A stretch of DNA of 64,000 nucleotides from a bacterium. GTDB taxonomy: Bacteria > SAR324 > NAC60-12. The translations under genes were made by a program, and so were the position numbers. The notes below the pieces were generated by a model. That model saw nothing but the letters and a program-made list of their open reading frames with translations, was not told where the DNA came from and ran no database searches. Positions 49,105 through 59,236 of the stretch are shown piece by piece. Every line of letters begins with the position of its first letter. Position 1 is the stretch's first letter. The stretch is taken from contig OZ242383.1 of assembly GCA_965209155.1 (NCBI GenBank), positions 3,552,001-3,616,000 of the forward strand, given 5' to 3'.

Positions 49105-49324
49105 GTTTCCTGTCGCCGTACCGGTCAAATTGAGGATCCCGCCAACGGGATTGAATGAAAAACTATCTCTGTCGATTCTACAATGCAAGACCGGAATCCT
49201 GCCTGGCGATAAATAAAAGCATGGGTTCCGCTCTCCTCCACTGCCAAAGGAGCGGTGAACCTCCGAATCGCCTTTTCCTGCTATGAAAGAAAGCCACATC
49301 GTGATAAAGTTAATCAATTGAGCA

Positions 49325-49650
49325 GTACTGGATTCCGGCTCGGAGGCCGGAATGACAATAAAGTTGATCTCTATGGATATGTCACCCCGAACTTGATTCA
49401 AAACCTAGAATACGGGTAGTAACCTACTGGATTCCGGCTCGGAGGCCGGAATGACAATAAGTATGCGTCATCCCGCTCCCGGATCATCCGTGATCCAGAA
49501 TACGAGTAGTGCCGTACTGGATTCCGGCTCGGAGGCCGGAATGACAATAATGTTGATCTCTATGGATGCGTCATTCCGCTCCCGGATCATCCATGATCCA
49601 GAATACGAGTAGTGTCGTACTGGATTCCGGCTCGGAGTCCGGAATGACCA
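49325..49650. repeat. Cluster of four REP-like palindromes
   Basis: tactggattccggctcggaggccggaatgac four times; another copy at ~45528. Confidence 0.85.
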
Positions 49651-49732
49651 AGGAGCAAAAACTCAGTTAACGCTCTATAGATTGAATTGTATGAAGAGAT
49701 GGAAGAGATAGCAAGCGAAAGTTGAAGGTGGT

Positions 49733-51634
49733 ATGCAGAAAACACATAAAACTCATGGATTGTGGCCGAGTCCGTTCACGCCTGAATTGATATCCAATGC
49801 ATTGGATTTGAGTGAACCCCAATGGGACAAGGTTTGCCATCAATTGGTTTGGTTGGAACAGTGCGATGGCGTGGGGAGGTTGGTGGCCATGGATTCTTCC
49901 GGAAACTGCCCTCGAGAACTCACCATACAACAAAACGTCCGGGCGCGAGTCGGTTACGGAGGAGGAAATTTCTGCGCGCATGGCGGCGTGGTCGTTTTCG
50001 TCGGAAACGAAGGAAAGTTGTATCGTCAATCATTGCGGGAAGGCCATGCGGTCGCCATCACGCCGGGATTCGGCCAATGCGCTTCTCCCCGGATTTCACC
50101 GAACGGGGAGTGGGTGGTCTACGTCTACGACAATGAAGGGGAAAGCGGATTGGCCCTGGTTCCGCTTTCCGGCAATCAATGGCCCATGAAATTGGTCACA
50201 GGAGCCGATTTTTACATGGACCCCCGCTGGTCGTCGGATGGCAAATGGATGAGTTGGGTTTGTTGGAATCATCCCAATATGCCCTGGGATGGCAGTTTCC
50301 TCCAGCTTGCGCCCGTATCGCCCACCCTGCTTTCCCAATCTCGTACCGGTATGGTGCTTTCCATTGCCGGAGGAAATGAAATTTCAATCATCCAACCCGA
50401 GTTTTCTCCCTCCAGTGATCAACTCGTCTACCTCAGTGATGAAAGTGGATGGTACAACCTGCACTGCTATCACCTGAAATCAAAAACGACACGCGCCCTG
50501 ACCCAAGAACCCGCCGAATTGGGGGGGCCAGCCTGGATTCTGGGAATGCGTTGGTACGACTGGATGCCGGATGGAAAAAGGCTTGCCGTCATCCGCAGTG
50601 AGCAAGGCTTCTCTTCCTTGCAGATACTGGAGTGCGCAACTGGTAAAATCACTCCCTGGCCCGGGTTGCAATCCCGCTTTTCCCACTTGGAATCGATCTG
50701 CATCTCGGCAAAAGGAGAAGCGGTTTTGCTGGCATCTCACTCCCACACTCCCAAACAGCTGATCAAAACGGAATTGAACCAGGAAAAGCACGCTTTCCAA
50801 ATCCTCAAACGTTCCTTCAATGAACAGATTTCGGCGGATCATTATTCCATTCCTGAAGCATTGCAGGCAAAAAATGAACGAGGCCAGGTCATTCACGGAT
50901 TGTTCTACTCCCCGCAACACCCGCGTTTTGAATGCCAGGGTATGCCCCCCCTGGTGCTCCGGGTTCATGGTGGCCCCAACAGTCAAGCCTTGCCGAATTG
51001 GAACGGGGAGGCGCAATATTTCACTTCACGGGGTTATGCGCTCCTCGACCTCAACTATCGCGGAAGCAGTGGTTACGGAAAATCCTACCGGGATCTGTTG
51101 CGGGGAAATTGGGGAGTCTCGGACGTAGAAGACGCCATTTTCATGGCATCCTATTTAGTCGAGCAAAAGCGAGCGGATGCTGAACGCCTGGTCATCAAAG
51201 GCGGCAGTGCCGGTGGCTACACCGTCCTGCAGGTGATGGTACGTCATCCCGGGGTTTTCTGCGCGGGAATTTGCTCGTACGGGATTTCCAACATGTTCAA
51301 CCTGGTGCAGGATACCCACAAATTCGAGAAACACTACACCGATTCCTTGATTGGCGTCCTCCCGGAAGCCGCTCCCGTCTTCCATGAGCGTTCTCCCCTC
51401 TTTTTTGCCAACCGCATTCAACGCCCCTTGCTCCTCTTCCAGGGAGATGAGGACCGGGTGGTGCCGAAAAATCAAACGGAATCCATGGTCGAAGTCCTCC
51501 GCCAGAACAAGATTCCCCACGAGTATCATTTGTTTGCAGGCGAAGGCCATGGATGGAGGAAACAGGAAACCATCAACCGGTATTACCAGGCCACCAGCGC
51601 ATTTCTAGAGAAATACGTCATCTTTTCCGTCTGA
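49733..51634 (+). CDS. S9 family peptidase
   Basis: HGGP, NYRGSSGYG, GGSAGG, D in FQGDEDRVV, EGHG. Confidence 0.93.
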   Translation: MQKTHKTHGLWPSPFTPELISNALDLSEPQWDKVCHQLVWLEQCDGVGRLVAMDSSGNCPRELTIQQNVRARVGYGGGNFCAHGGVVVFVGNEGKLYRQSLREGHAVAITPGFGQCASPRISPNGEWVVYVYDNEGESGLALVPLSGNQWPMKLVTGADFYMDPRWSSDGKWMSWVCWNHPNMPWDGSFLQLAPVSPTLLSQSRTGMVLSIAGGNEISIIQPEFSPSSDQLVYLSDESGWYNLHCYHLKSKTTRALTQEPAELGGPAWILGMRWYDWMPDGKRLAVIRSEQGFSSLQILECATGKITPWPGLQSRFSHLESICISAKGEAVLLASHSHTPKQLIKTELNQEKHAFQILKRSFNEQISADHYSIPEALQAKNERGQVIHGLFYSPQHPRFECQGMPPLVLRVHGGPNSQALPNWNGEAQYFTSRGYALLDLNYRGSSGYGKSYRDLLRGNWGVSDVEDAIFMASYLVEQKRADAERLVIKGGSAGGYTVLQVMVRHPGVFCAGICSYGISNMFNLVQDTHKFEKHYTDSLIGVLPEAAPVFHERSPLFFANRIQRPLLLFQGDEDRVVPKNQTESMVEVLRQNKIPHEYHLFAGEGHGWRKQETINRYYQATSAFLEKYVIFSV

Positions 51635-51655
51635 AACCCGGGAACTCGGTTTTCT

Positions 51656-53074
51656 TCAAGAATACCGTGATTGAATGAGTTGAACAAATCGTTCCATTCG
51701 AGCAGAGCGCGATCCTTTCACCAGCACCAGGTCGTCTTCTTGAACGATTGATTGAAAAGCTTCTACCAGAGCAGTCATGTCATCCGTCCAATACGCATTC
51801 TTTGAAGATCTGTCGTCATGCTGCCATCCTGCCATATATTGGCGCGCTTCGTTGTCACCAAAGGCAAAAAGGAATGCCACCTTGGCGTTTCTCATTTGCC
51901 GTCCCAATTGAAAATGGAGACGATTGCTTTCCCGACCCAGTTCGGCCATAGCGCCTGCCACCACGATCAAGCGACGCGCAGGGTAAGTCTGTTTCAAAGC
52001 ATCGATCACTTCGCGGAATGAGGTCGGATTGGCATTGTACGTATCATCGACCAATAAAAACGTCCCCATTTCCTGTAATTGAATCCTGCCTTTGATGGTA
52101 TGGGACAAAGCGCTGGTCGCTTCGCGGAGCGACTCCAAGGGGACCTGGCTCAAGTGAAGCAAAGTGAGCGCTCCCAATAAATTTCCGAGCAGCAAAGGGT
52201 TCCCGAACGGTGTTTCAAAAGTCCGACCCAACCATTCGAAGCGGCTCCGACGGGGTGAAGAGGAAATGAGTTTTGCCGTAAAATCCGCTTTCTCCGGAAC
52301 ATCCCAGTCTTGGAATCCATAAGTGAATGCGCGAATTTCGTACTGGTGCGCATAGCTTCTCACGATATCCAGGTGCAACAGGTTAGCGGGGAAAGCCGCA
52401 ATGGAACGAGGAGCCATCCCTGCAAACAATCCTGATTTTTCACGAGCAACGCCCCGGGTGTTTTCTAAAAACTCCAGGTGGCTTTCCCCTATATTCGTTA
52501 TCAATCCCAAGTCGGGTTGGACCACTCGAGAGAGCGTCGCGATTTCTCCGAAGTGGTTGGTGCCCATTTCAATAACACACCACGACTCCGCCAGGTTGGC
52601 GGATAAAATCGTCAGGGGTACGCCTACAAAATTATTGAAGTTTCCCTCAGTGGCATGAGTTTTCGCATCCAGAGACTGACAGAGACTGGCGGCGATTTCT
52701 TTCGTTGATGTTTTTCCATTGCTGCCTGTGATGCCGATCACCTTTCCCGCTTTTAAACGGGTGCGATACTCTCGGGCGAGGTCCAGCAGTGCTTTGTTGG
52801 GATCGCTCACGGCAATGAGAGGAATGCTGCAAGATAACCACTCGGGAGATATTTTGCTGCTGGAAGCGACGATTCCACCTGCCCCTTTTTCCAATGCTTG
52901 CTTGATATAAAGATGTCCGTCGGTGGATTCTCCGCTTAAGGCAAAAAACAAATCACCCGGATGGACGTTCCTGGAATCGGTAGAGAGTTGGCGGAAGCAT
53001 GTTTCCGCAGGCAGGTGTTGCGCATGTCCTTGCAGGATTTGAGACAATTCTCTCACTGTGTAGGAATGGTTCAT
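51656..53074 (-). CDS. murF: UDP-MurNAc-tripeptide:D-Ala-D-Ala ligase
   Basis: TDSR, GITGSNGKTSTKE, NFNNFVGVP, EMG, DDTYNANP, KGSR. Confidence 0.95.
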   Translation of the reverse strand: MNHSYTVRELSQILQGHAQHLPAETCFRQLSTDSRNVHPGDLFFALSGESTDGHLYIKQALEKGAGGIVASSSKISPEWLSCSIPLIAVSDPNKALLDLAREYRTRLKAGKVIGITGSNGKTSTKEIAASLCQSLDAKTHATEGNFNNFVGVPLTILSANLAESWCVIEMGTNHFGEIATLSRVVQPDLGLITNIGESHLEFLENTRGVAREKSGLFAGMAPRSIAAFPANLLHLDIVRSYAHQYEIRAFTYGFQDWDVPEKADFTAKLISSSPRRSRFEWLGRTFETPFGNPLLLGNLLGALTLLHLSQVPLESLREATSALSHTIKGRIQLQEMGTFLLVDDTYNANPTSFREVIDALKQTYPARRLIVVAGAMAELGRESNRLHFQLGRQMRNAKVAFLFAFGDNEARQYMAGWQHDDRSSKNAYWTDDMTALVEAFQSIVQEDDLVLVKGSRSARMERFVQLIQSRYS

Positions 53075-53147
53075 TGTATACCTTGTTGATCCTTGCTTGA
53101 CCTGATGTGGACATGCATTTTTAATAACAGGAGTATCCTGGTGTGGA

Positions 53148-53645
53148 TGTCATCCTCGCGAACACGGGGATCCCGATTCCGGTCTGTTTGCCTTCCCCTG
53201 GATTCCTGGTCGAGCCAGGAATGACACGGAGTGAATGGGTCATCCTCGCGAACGCGAGAATCCGGATTGCAGTCTGATTGTCTACCCCTGGATTCCTGGT
53301 CAAGCCAGGAATGACACGGAGTGAATGGGTCATCCTCGCGAACGCGAGAATCCGGATTGCAGTCTGATTGTCTAGCCCTGGATTCCTGGTCGAGCCAGGA
53401 ATGACACGGAGTGAATGGGTCTTCCTCGTGAACGTGGGAATCCCGAATCCGGTCTGTTTGCCTTCCCCTGGATTCCTGGTCGAGCCAGGAATGACACGGA
53501 GTGAATGGGTCATCCTCATTACGGTCTGTTTGCCTTCCCCTGGATTCCTGGTCGAGCCAGGAATGACATGGTGTGAATGGGTCAATCCTCATTACGGTCT
53601 GTTTGCCTTCCCCTGGATTCCTGGTCGAGCCAGGGATGACACGGA
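53148..53645. repeat. Six tandem REP-containing units (periods 90, 90, 90, 72, 73 bp)
   Basis: tggattcctggtc at 53199, 53289, 53379, 53469, 53541, 53614. Confidence 0.92.
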
Positions 53646-53711
53646 TTCCTGAGATGTGAGGATTCCATGACATATTGAATGGATTGAATGCTTATCTTGA
53701 AATCTGATGAT

Positions 53712-54110
53712 CTATTTGGTGGATTTGTCGTCACTCAACTGTCGAAAAAATTGTTTCAGGGACTCGGAACCCGACTGCCGAGGGGACAAACGACAGTTGA
53801 GAATCCCCCCCTCTCGGACAACCACGTTTCCGGGGGGTGTGGTTACTTTGCCTTTCAATTCTCCTCCGGGAAGGATTTTGACGATTCCCCTGCAAACAAT
53901 ATCTCCCTGGATTTTACCTTTCACGGTCACGGTTTGCGCACGGATGGGACCTTTCATACGGCCTTTTGTCTCAAAAACCACTTCCTGGTGTCCCTCGACG
54001 GAGCCGGAAATAGTCGCATTGATGATAACCGTATTATCGACAGTCAACTTTCCTTCGATTTCAGTTCCCTCTCCCAGGTAGTGGATTGATTTTTTATTTG
54101 AATCGTTCAT
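53712..54110 (-). CDS. Bactofilin (polymer-forming cytoskeletal protein)
   Basis: LGEGTEIEGKL, VTVKGKIQGDI beta-helix pattern. Confidence 0.85.
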   Translation of the reverse strand: MNDSNKKSIHYLGEGTEIEGKLTVDNTVIINATISGSVEGHQEVVFETKGRMKGPIRAQTVTVKGKIQGDIVCRGIVKILPGGELKGKVTTPPGNVVVREGGILNCRLSPRQSGSESLKQFFRQLSDDKSTK

Positions 54111-54149
54111 AGGGTAGCGCATTTTGGCATGATCACGTCAAAGAGAGAC

Positions 54150-54779
54150 TCAGGCACCCGATAATCCGATTTGAGATAGCTGTTGTTTTAATTCCTTAAA
54201 GGTATAACTCGCGGGATAGTTGGGATAGTCCTTTACGATTCGGGACGTGGGACGAAAAAACAGACCGGTGTCGGCTTCTTCCAGCATGCTCAGGTCGTTG
54301 TAGGAATCTCCAATGGCAATCACGTGAAAATTCAATGACTTGAATGCCGCCACTGCCTTTCTTTTCTGATCTTTTTGACGGAGTTGATAATCGCGTATAC
54401 GGCCCTTGTCATCAACGATCAAAGAATGACAGAGAACCGAGGGGGAGTGAAGTTTGGCAAAAAGAGGCCGGGCATAGTCAACAAAGGTATCTGAAAGGAC
54501 GATTACGGTACAACGACCCCGCAACCAGTCCAGGAACTCAGGGGCGCCTTCCAGGGGTTCCATTTTGGAAACAACATCCCGAAAATCGTTGATCGTCAAT
54601 TGATGAGTTGCCAGCAAAGACAGGCGTTTTCTCATCAATTCGTCATAATCCGCCACGTCACGAGTGGTCAGTTTAAATGCCTCGATTCCTGTTATTTCAG
54701 CTAAATTTATCCAGATCTCGGGAACCAAAACTCCCTCCAGGTCGAGGCAAGCGAGGAACATTTTTTTCGATTCCGACAT
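54150..54779 (-). CDS. thrH: Phosphoserine phosphatase/homoserine phosphotransferase
   Basis: CLDLEGVLVPEIW, TTRD, LSDTF, GDSYND. Confidence 0.93.
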   Translation of the reverse strand: MSESKKMFLACLDLEGVLVPEIWINLAEITGIEAFKLTTRDVADYDELMRKRLSLLATHQLTINDFRDVVSKMEPLEGAPEFLDWLRGRCTVIVLSDTFVDYARPLFAKLHSPSVLCHSLIVDDKGRIRDYQLRQKDQKRKAVAAFKSLNFHVIAIGDSYNDLSMLEEADTGLFFRPTSRIVKDYPNYPASYTFKELKQQLSQIGLSGA

Positions 54780-54941
54780 GGGCGATGCTTCAAGATTGCA
54801 GGTATTGAAATGGTAAGTTAAAATGGAGCCTGGTTGTTTTACGAAAATGAGAGTATTGGCTCAGGTCAAAAATCGCAAGCTCGAATGAATCATCCTCGTC
54901 ATCATGAACCCGGATTCGAAACGGATACGGCGCAGTCGGCA

Positions 54942-57695
54942 ATGAACAGGTCATGTAAAAACCTGGTTTCCTGGAGTTTTCTCCTGCTGTTTTTTGTGTT
55001 GTCTTGCTCCACAAACACAGCAACGCCCCCCTCAAGAAACTATGACGCAGCTTTTCCCTCCCCGTTGATTGCTGAAGTCTTGATGAGAGTCCAATTGGAT
55101 TACGTGGACCCGGAACGATTGCTTCCGCAACGAATGCTCCAGGGCGCTCTCGATGAACTCTCCATCGCAATCCCGGAAATTCAAGTGAAATCAAGGTTGG
55201 AGCGGAATTCTCACATCCTCGATCTCATAGTGGAAACGCGGAATGAAGAGATTACTTATCAATCTTTGCGTGACCTGGATGAATTGAATCAACTGCTGCA
55301 ACAAATGGTATCCTCCATCAAACGTTCCTGGAGCGCTTCCGCGCAGATTGACAAAGTGGAACAGGCCTTGATCGTGGGACTGCTCTCTGAATTGGACCCC
55401 CATTCCACTTTGTTGGCCAAAGAAATTTACGAAGAATTTCAAGTCAATACTCGAGGTAATTTTGGAGGCGTGGGTATCGTGGTGGGAATCCGCAACAACC
55501 AGATGATCGTTATCACCCCCATCGAAGGGACGCCTGCAGCCAAGGCAGGCATCCGGGCCATGGACCGGATTGTACGCATTGGTGATGAGGAAACTGAAAA
55601 TATGAATATGGCGGACACTGTTAATAAATTGAGAGGACAAACCGGTACCCCGATCACGCTGCATATCATGAGAGCCGGTTTCAGCGCTCCTAAAAAAATT
55701 GAATTGATGCGAACCACTATCCAAATCGACAGCGTCGAGTCGGTCGACCTGAGCCCACAGGCCGAAGGTGTCATCCGTTATATAAAAATTAAAAATTTTC
55801 AACAAAATACGGATGAAGACCTTGCTTCCAAGTTGCGCGATATTGATCAACTCAAAGGACTGATCATCGATATCAGAAATAATCCTGGAGGATTGCTATA
55901 CCAGGCAGTCAGGGTTTCCGATTATTTCCTTCCTGACGATAAAACGATTGTGGCAACCTTGGGAAACCTGCAGAATTCTTCAAGCTACCGCTCCCACTGG
56001 GGTTTGAATAATAAGAAACTGGTCACAATTCCCATCATTGTCCTCATCAACAACGGCAGCGCCTCCGCCTCGGAAATACTCGCGGCGGCGTTAAAAAACA
56101 ATGACCGCGCCATCTTGCTTGGAGAGCAAACCTTCGGCAAGGGATCCATCCAAACCATAGAGTCGCTTCAAGATAATTCCGCCCTCAAATTGACAGTGGC
56201 CCGCTACCTCACTCCCGGAGACAAGTCGATCCAGTCGAAAGGAGTGACCCCCGATATCGCCTTGTACCCGGTCGTCATTTCCGATGACCAACTGCGTTTG
56301 ATTCGGGAGAAAGACTACCGGGAAGAAAACTTGAGGGGACATTTTCAGGTTGCCGAACAAGCCGGCGAACCTTTGGCCGCCCTGCCTTATGTTGTTTCAG
56401 AGGTAGAGAACCCGGACGACGTTATAGTGGGAGATGAATATACGAAAGAATCATTGAATGAGGATTTTTTTATTGAGATCGCCCGAAAAATTTTAAACGA
56501 GTATCAGGGTGACTCCGATCAAACTCTCCTGGAAACCGCATTGCAAGTGCAAAAAGACATGATGCCGCACCAGGATGCTCTCATCGTGGAAGCACTGGGA
56601 GAACGCGATATCGACTGGCAGCATGCCTCCTCAAAGACGGACCCCCAACTGCAAGTTGAAATTCAAACTGAAATTCTGACAAGCTCCCTGAAAAACTGGA
56701 TTCCGGCACCCGCTTTGATTCCTGCGGAATCGCAGGTTCGTTTCCGGGTAAGCGTGAAAAACGTGGGAAGTGAACCCGTCAGTCGTTTGATAAGCCTGAC
56801 GGGAAGCGAACATTCGGTTTTTGATGGTCACCAGTTACCCTTCGGGTACCTGGCTCCCGGCGAATCGCAAGTAAAGACCTTCGAGATGGAAATTCCCAAA
56901 GAGATGAACAACAGCGTCCATGCAATTGATTTTGAATTTGTAGATCACCAATTGCAAAAAAGGGCGGCTGATCGAATATTTCTGGCTTCCGGAGCCGCAC
57001 CTGCGCCCAAATTCTCGTTCCGCCTCGAGCTTTTCGATGATGGCCGTTTTGGATCGCAAGGCAATGGGGACCAAGTGCTCCAGGCTGGTGAAAAGATCGC
57101 CCTCCGGCTTAAAGTGCTCAATTCCGGAGACGGGGATTCCGAGGATTCGTTGGTTTTATTGAGAAACCGGGGAGAACAAACGGAGGTTTTACTCTCCCGC
57201 AGTCGATTTGCTTTGGGAGCATTGCCCTCCGGAGATGAAAAAGAGGCGCTTTTATTGTTTCAGGTCAGCGATCACGCTGTTCTTGAAACATTGGAGTTGT
57301 TCATCGAAGTGCATGACGTCGTCTCGAGTCACAGCAATTTGGTCTATCAATTCTCTCCGCACCAACGCGCCAATGCGTATTATCAAGCCCCTACGATCGA
57401 CTATGAATTAAAAGATCCTGCCAATAGAAATATTGATCCGGTAACTAAACTGAAAACGGTAGAGTTGAAGGGAATCGCCCTCGACGATCAGCAAATGAAA
57501 GACGTCTACATCGTTTTGAATGAAAAGAAAATTTTTTATCGAAGCAACCTGGAGAATCATTCCCTCCGTGATCTACCATTTTCTACCATGGTCCCATTGG
57601 AGGAAGGGCACAATCGAATTTTAATTTTTGCCCGGGACCAGGATCATTTGACGGCGTTTGAGGAAATTCAATTGTGGCGCGAGCGTTCTTCATAG
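54942..57695 (+). CDS. S41 carboxyl-terminal processing protease with long C-terminal extension, probable lipoprotein
   Basis: LSC lipobox, LDPHS, PDZ GGVGI, DIRNNPGG, SASASEI, FGKG. Confidence 0.9.
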   Translation: MNRSCKNLVSWSFLLLFFVLSCSTNTATPPSRNYDAAFPSPLIAEVLMRVQLDYVDPERLLPQRMLQGALDELSIAIPEIQVKSRLERNSHILDLIVETRNEEITYQSLRDLDELNQLLQQMVSSIKRSWSASAQIDKVEQALIVGLLSELDPHSTLLAKEIYEEFQVNTRGNFGGVGIVVGIRNNQMIVITPIEGTPAAKAGIRAMDRIVRIGDEETENMNMADTVNKLRGQTGTPITLHIMRAGFSAPKKIELMRTTIQIDSVESVDLSPQAEGVIRYIKIKNFQQNTDEDLASKLRDIDQLKGLIIDIRNNPGGLLYQAVRVSDYFLPDDKTIVATLGNLQNSSSYRSHWGLNNKKLVTIPIIVLINNGSASASEILAAALKNNDRAILLGEQTFGKGSIQTIESLQDNSALKLTVARYLTPGDKSIQSKGVTPDIALYPVVISDDQLRLIREKDYREENLRGHFQVAEQAGEPLAALPYVVSEVENPDDVIVGDEYTKESLNEDFFIEIARKILNEYQGDSDQTLLETALQVQKDMMPHQDALIVEALGERDIDWQHASSKTDPQLQVEIQTEILTSSLKNWIPAPALIPAESQVRFRVSVKNVGSEPVSRLISLTGSEHSVFDGHQLPFGYLAPGESQVKTFEMEIPKEMNNSVHAIDFEFVDHQLQKRAADRIFLASGAAPAPKFSFRLELFDDGRFGSQGNGDQVLQAGEKIALRLKVLNSGDGDSEDSLVLLRNRGEQTEVLLSRSRFALGALPSGDEKEALLLFQVSDHAVLETLELFIEVHDVVSSHSNLVYQFSPHQRANAYYQAPTIDYELKDPANRNIDPVTKLKTVELKGIALDDQQMKDVYIVLNEKKIFYRSNLENHSLRDLPFSTMVPLEEGHNRILIFARDQDHLTAFEEIQLWRERSS

Positions 57696-57719
57696 GTCCC
57701 ACGTGCAGCACGTGGGACC
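57695..57719. terminator. Perfect GC-rich hairpin between convergent genes
   Basis: ggtcccacgtgc-a-gcacgtgggacc; no adjacent U-tract, so may be a REP. Confidence 0.45.
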
Positions 57720-57754
57720 GCTTGCCTTTTCACGAAAAGGTTGCTTCAGAAGAA

Positions 57755-58042
57755 CTATTTCCTCCGTTTTTTAACAACAGCTTCCCGCAAAGATTTCCCG
57801 GCAGAAAACTTCACGACTTTAGTGGCAGGAATTTTCAATGCAGCCCCTGTTTGGGGATGACGGCCTTTTCTTGCTTTACGTTTGACGACTGAAAACGTAC
57901 CAAATCCCACCAAGGGAATGGTATCTCCTTTCTTTAGCGTTTTTAGAATTGTGGAAAGGGTGGCATTTAAATGTCTTTCCGCACTGGCTTTCGAACCATT
58001 TACTTCATTTGCAATGGCTGCAATCAATTCCGCTTTTGTCAT
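57755..58042 (-). CDS. hup: HU DNA-binding protein
   Basis: MTKAELI, LVGFGTFSV, RKGRHPQTG, KFSAGKSL. Confidence 0.95.
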   Translation of the reverse strand: MTKAELIAAIANEVNGSKASAERHLNATLSTILKTLKKGDTIPLVGFGTFSVVKRKARKGRHPQTGAALKIPATKVVKFSAGKSLREAVVKKRRK

Positions 58043-58153
58043 ATTCCTCCTGAATCTGTATTTTTTTTGAAGATGGGTTAAACAACCAATCTCTTTATAT
58101 CAGGATCTCAGGGGAGACGCAAGCGCTGGCGCAAAATTATTGAGAAATCGACC

Positions 58154-59047
58154 TCATCGATTCTTGTTGTTTTCATTTTTCAAGGAGAGGAACAATTGAT
58201 AGGCATTTTGCGGAGTTTCACTATGGTGTACGATGGACCGGACTGCTTGGAGCATGGCGACAGGGGCTTCAGACTGAAAAATATTTCTTCCCATATCCAC
58301 GCCCAGAGCTCCTTGCTGAATCGCCTTATAGGCCATTCTCAAGGCCTCCAATTCCGCAATTTTTTTGCCTCCCGCAATCACGACAGGAACCGGGCAACTG
58401 GCCGTAATGCTCTCAAAGTCTTCTTCGACATAATAAGTTTTGACATAGTGCGCCCCCAGTTCCGCGCAAATCCGCGTGGCCAGTCTGAAATATTTCGCAT
58501 CCCGTGCCATGTCCCGACCGACGGCAGTCACTGCCAGCGTGGGAATGCCGTAACGGATCCCCATATCCACCATACGGGTCATATTGATCACGGATTGCGT
58601 TTCAAACTCACCTCCTATGAAGACTTGCAAGGTGATGGCAGCGGCATTGAGGCGTATCGCGTCTTCAATATCCACCGCAATTTGCTCGTTGGAGAGTTCT
58701 TTGAGCATGCTCGGTCCTCCCGAGACTCGCAGTACAATCGAGTTGGTGGTGGATGGAGGAATGATACTTCGCAAAATTCCCCGGGTTAACATCAAAGTGT
58801 CGGCATAAGGAAGCAAGGGCAGGACACTGATGTCGACTCTTTCCAAGCCTGTGGTAGGACCTTGAAAATAACCGTGATCAAATGCCAGCATGACCGTCCT
58901 CCCGGATTCCGGATTGAAAATACGAGCCAGGCGATTTTTCATTCCCCAATCCAGGGAATTGGATCCTTTGAGAAAAAATCCCTCCGTTTTTTGAGGGATG
59001 TCCGCGTAAAATTGTTTGCTTGCTTTATTCTCGGAGAGCTGGGGCAT
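58154..59047 (-). CDS. lsrF: LsrF-like thiolase/class I aldolase
   Basis: [42 protein letters not shown]. Confidence 0.92.
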   Translation of the reverse strand: MPQLSENKASKQFYADIPQKTEGFFLKGSNSLDWGMKNRLARIFNPESGRTVMLAFDHGYFQGPTTGLERVDISVLPLLPYADTLMLTRGILRSIIPPSTTNSIVLRVSGGPSMLKELSNEQIAVDIEDAIRLNAAAITLQVFIGGEFETQSVINMTRMVDMGIRYGIPTLAVTAVGRDMARDAKYFRLATRICAELGAHYVKTYYVEEDFESITASCPVPVVIAGGKKIAELEALRMAYKAIQQGALGVDMGRNIFQSEAPVAMLQAVRSIVHHSETPQNAYQLFLSLKNENNKNR

Positions 59048-59236
59048 ACGACCTTTCTTAAAGACCGATTTGTATGCATATCATGAAAATAAGGATACGG
59101 GAAATATGAAGTTGAACCAAATCCATATCCAGGAAGGTACCATGGTTAAGATATTAGAACTCTTCCCTGATGTCGATGATTTTTTGTTATTCGATTCTTT
59201 CCAGGTTGCAATGGAGTCAATCACTCTCCATCGAGA

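Noticed and set aside
49325..49650. CRISPR array
   Set aside because: Spacers are homologous and irregular; the repeat belongs to the dispersed REP family
53148..53645. CRISPR array
   Set aside because: Inter-repeat segments are near-identical to each other, units are 72-90 bp with REP palindromes, and no cas genes are present
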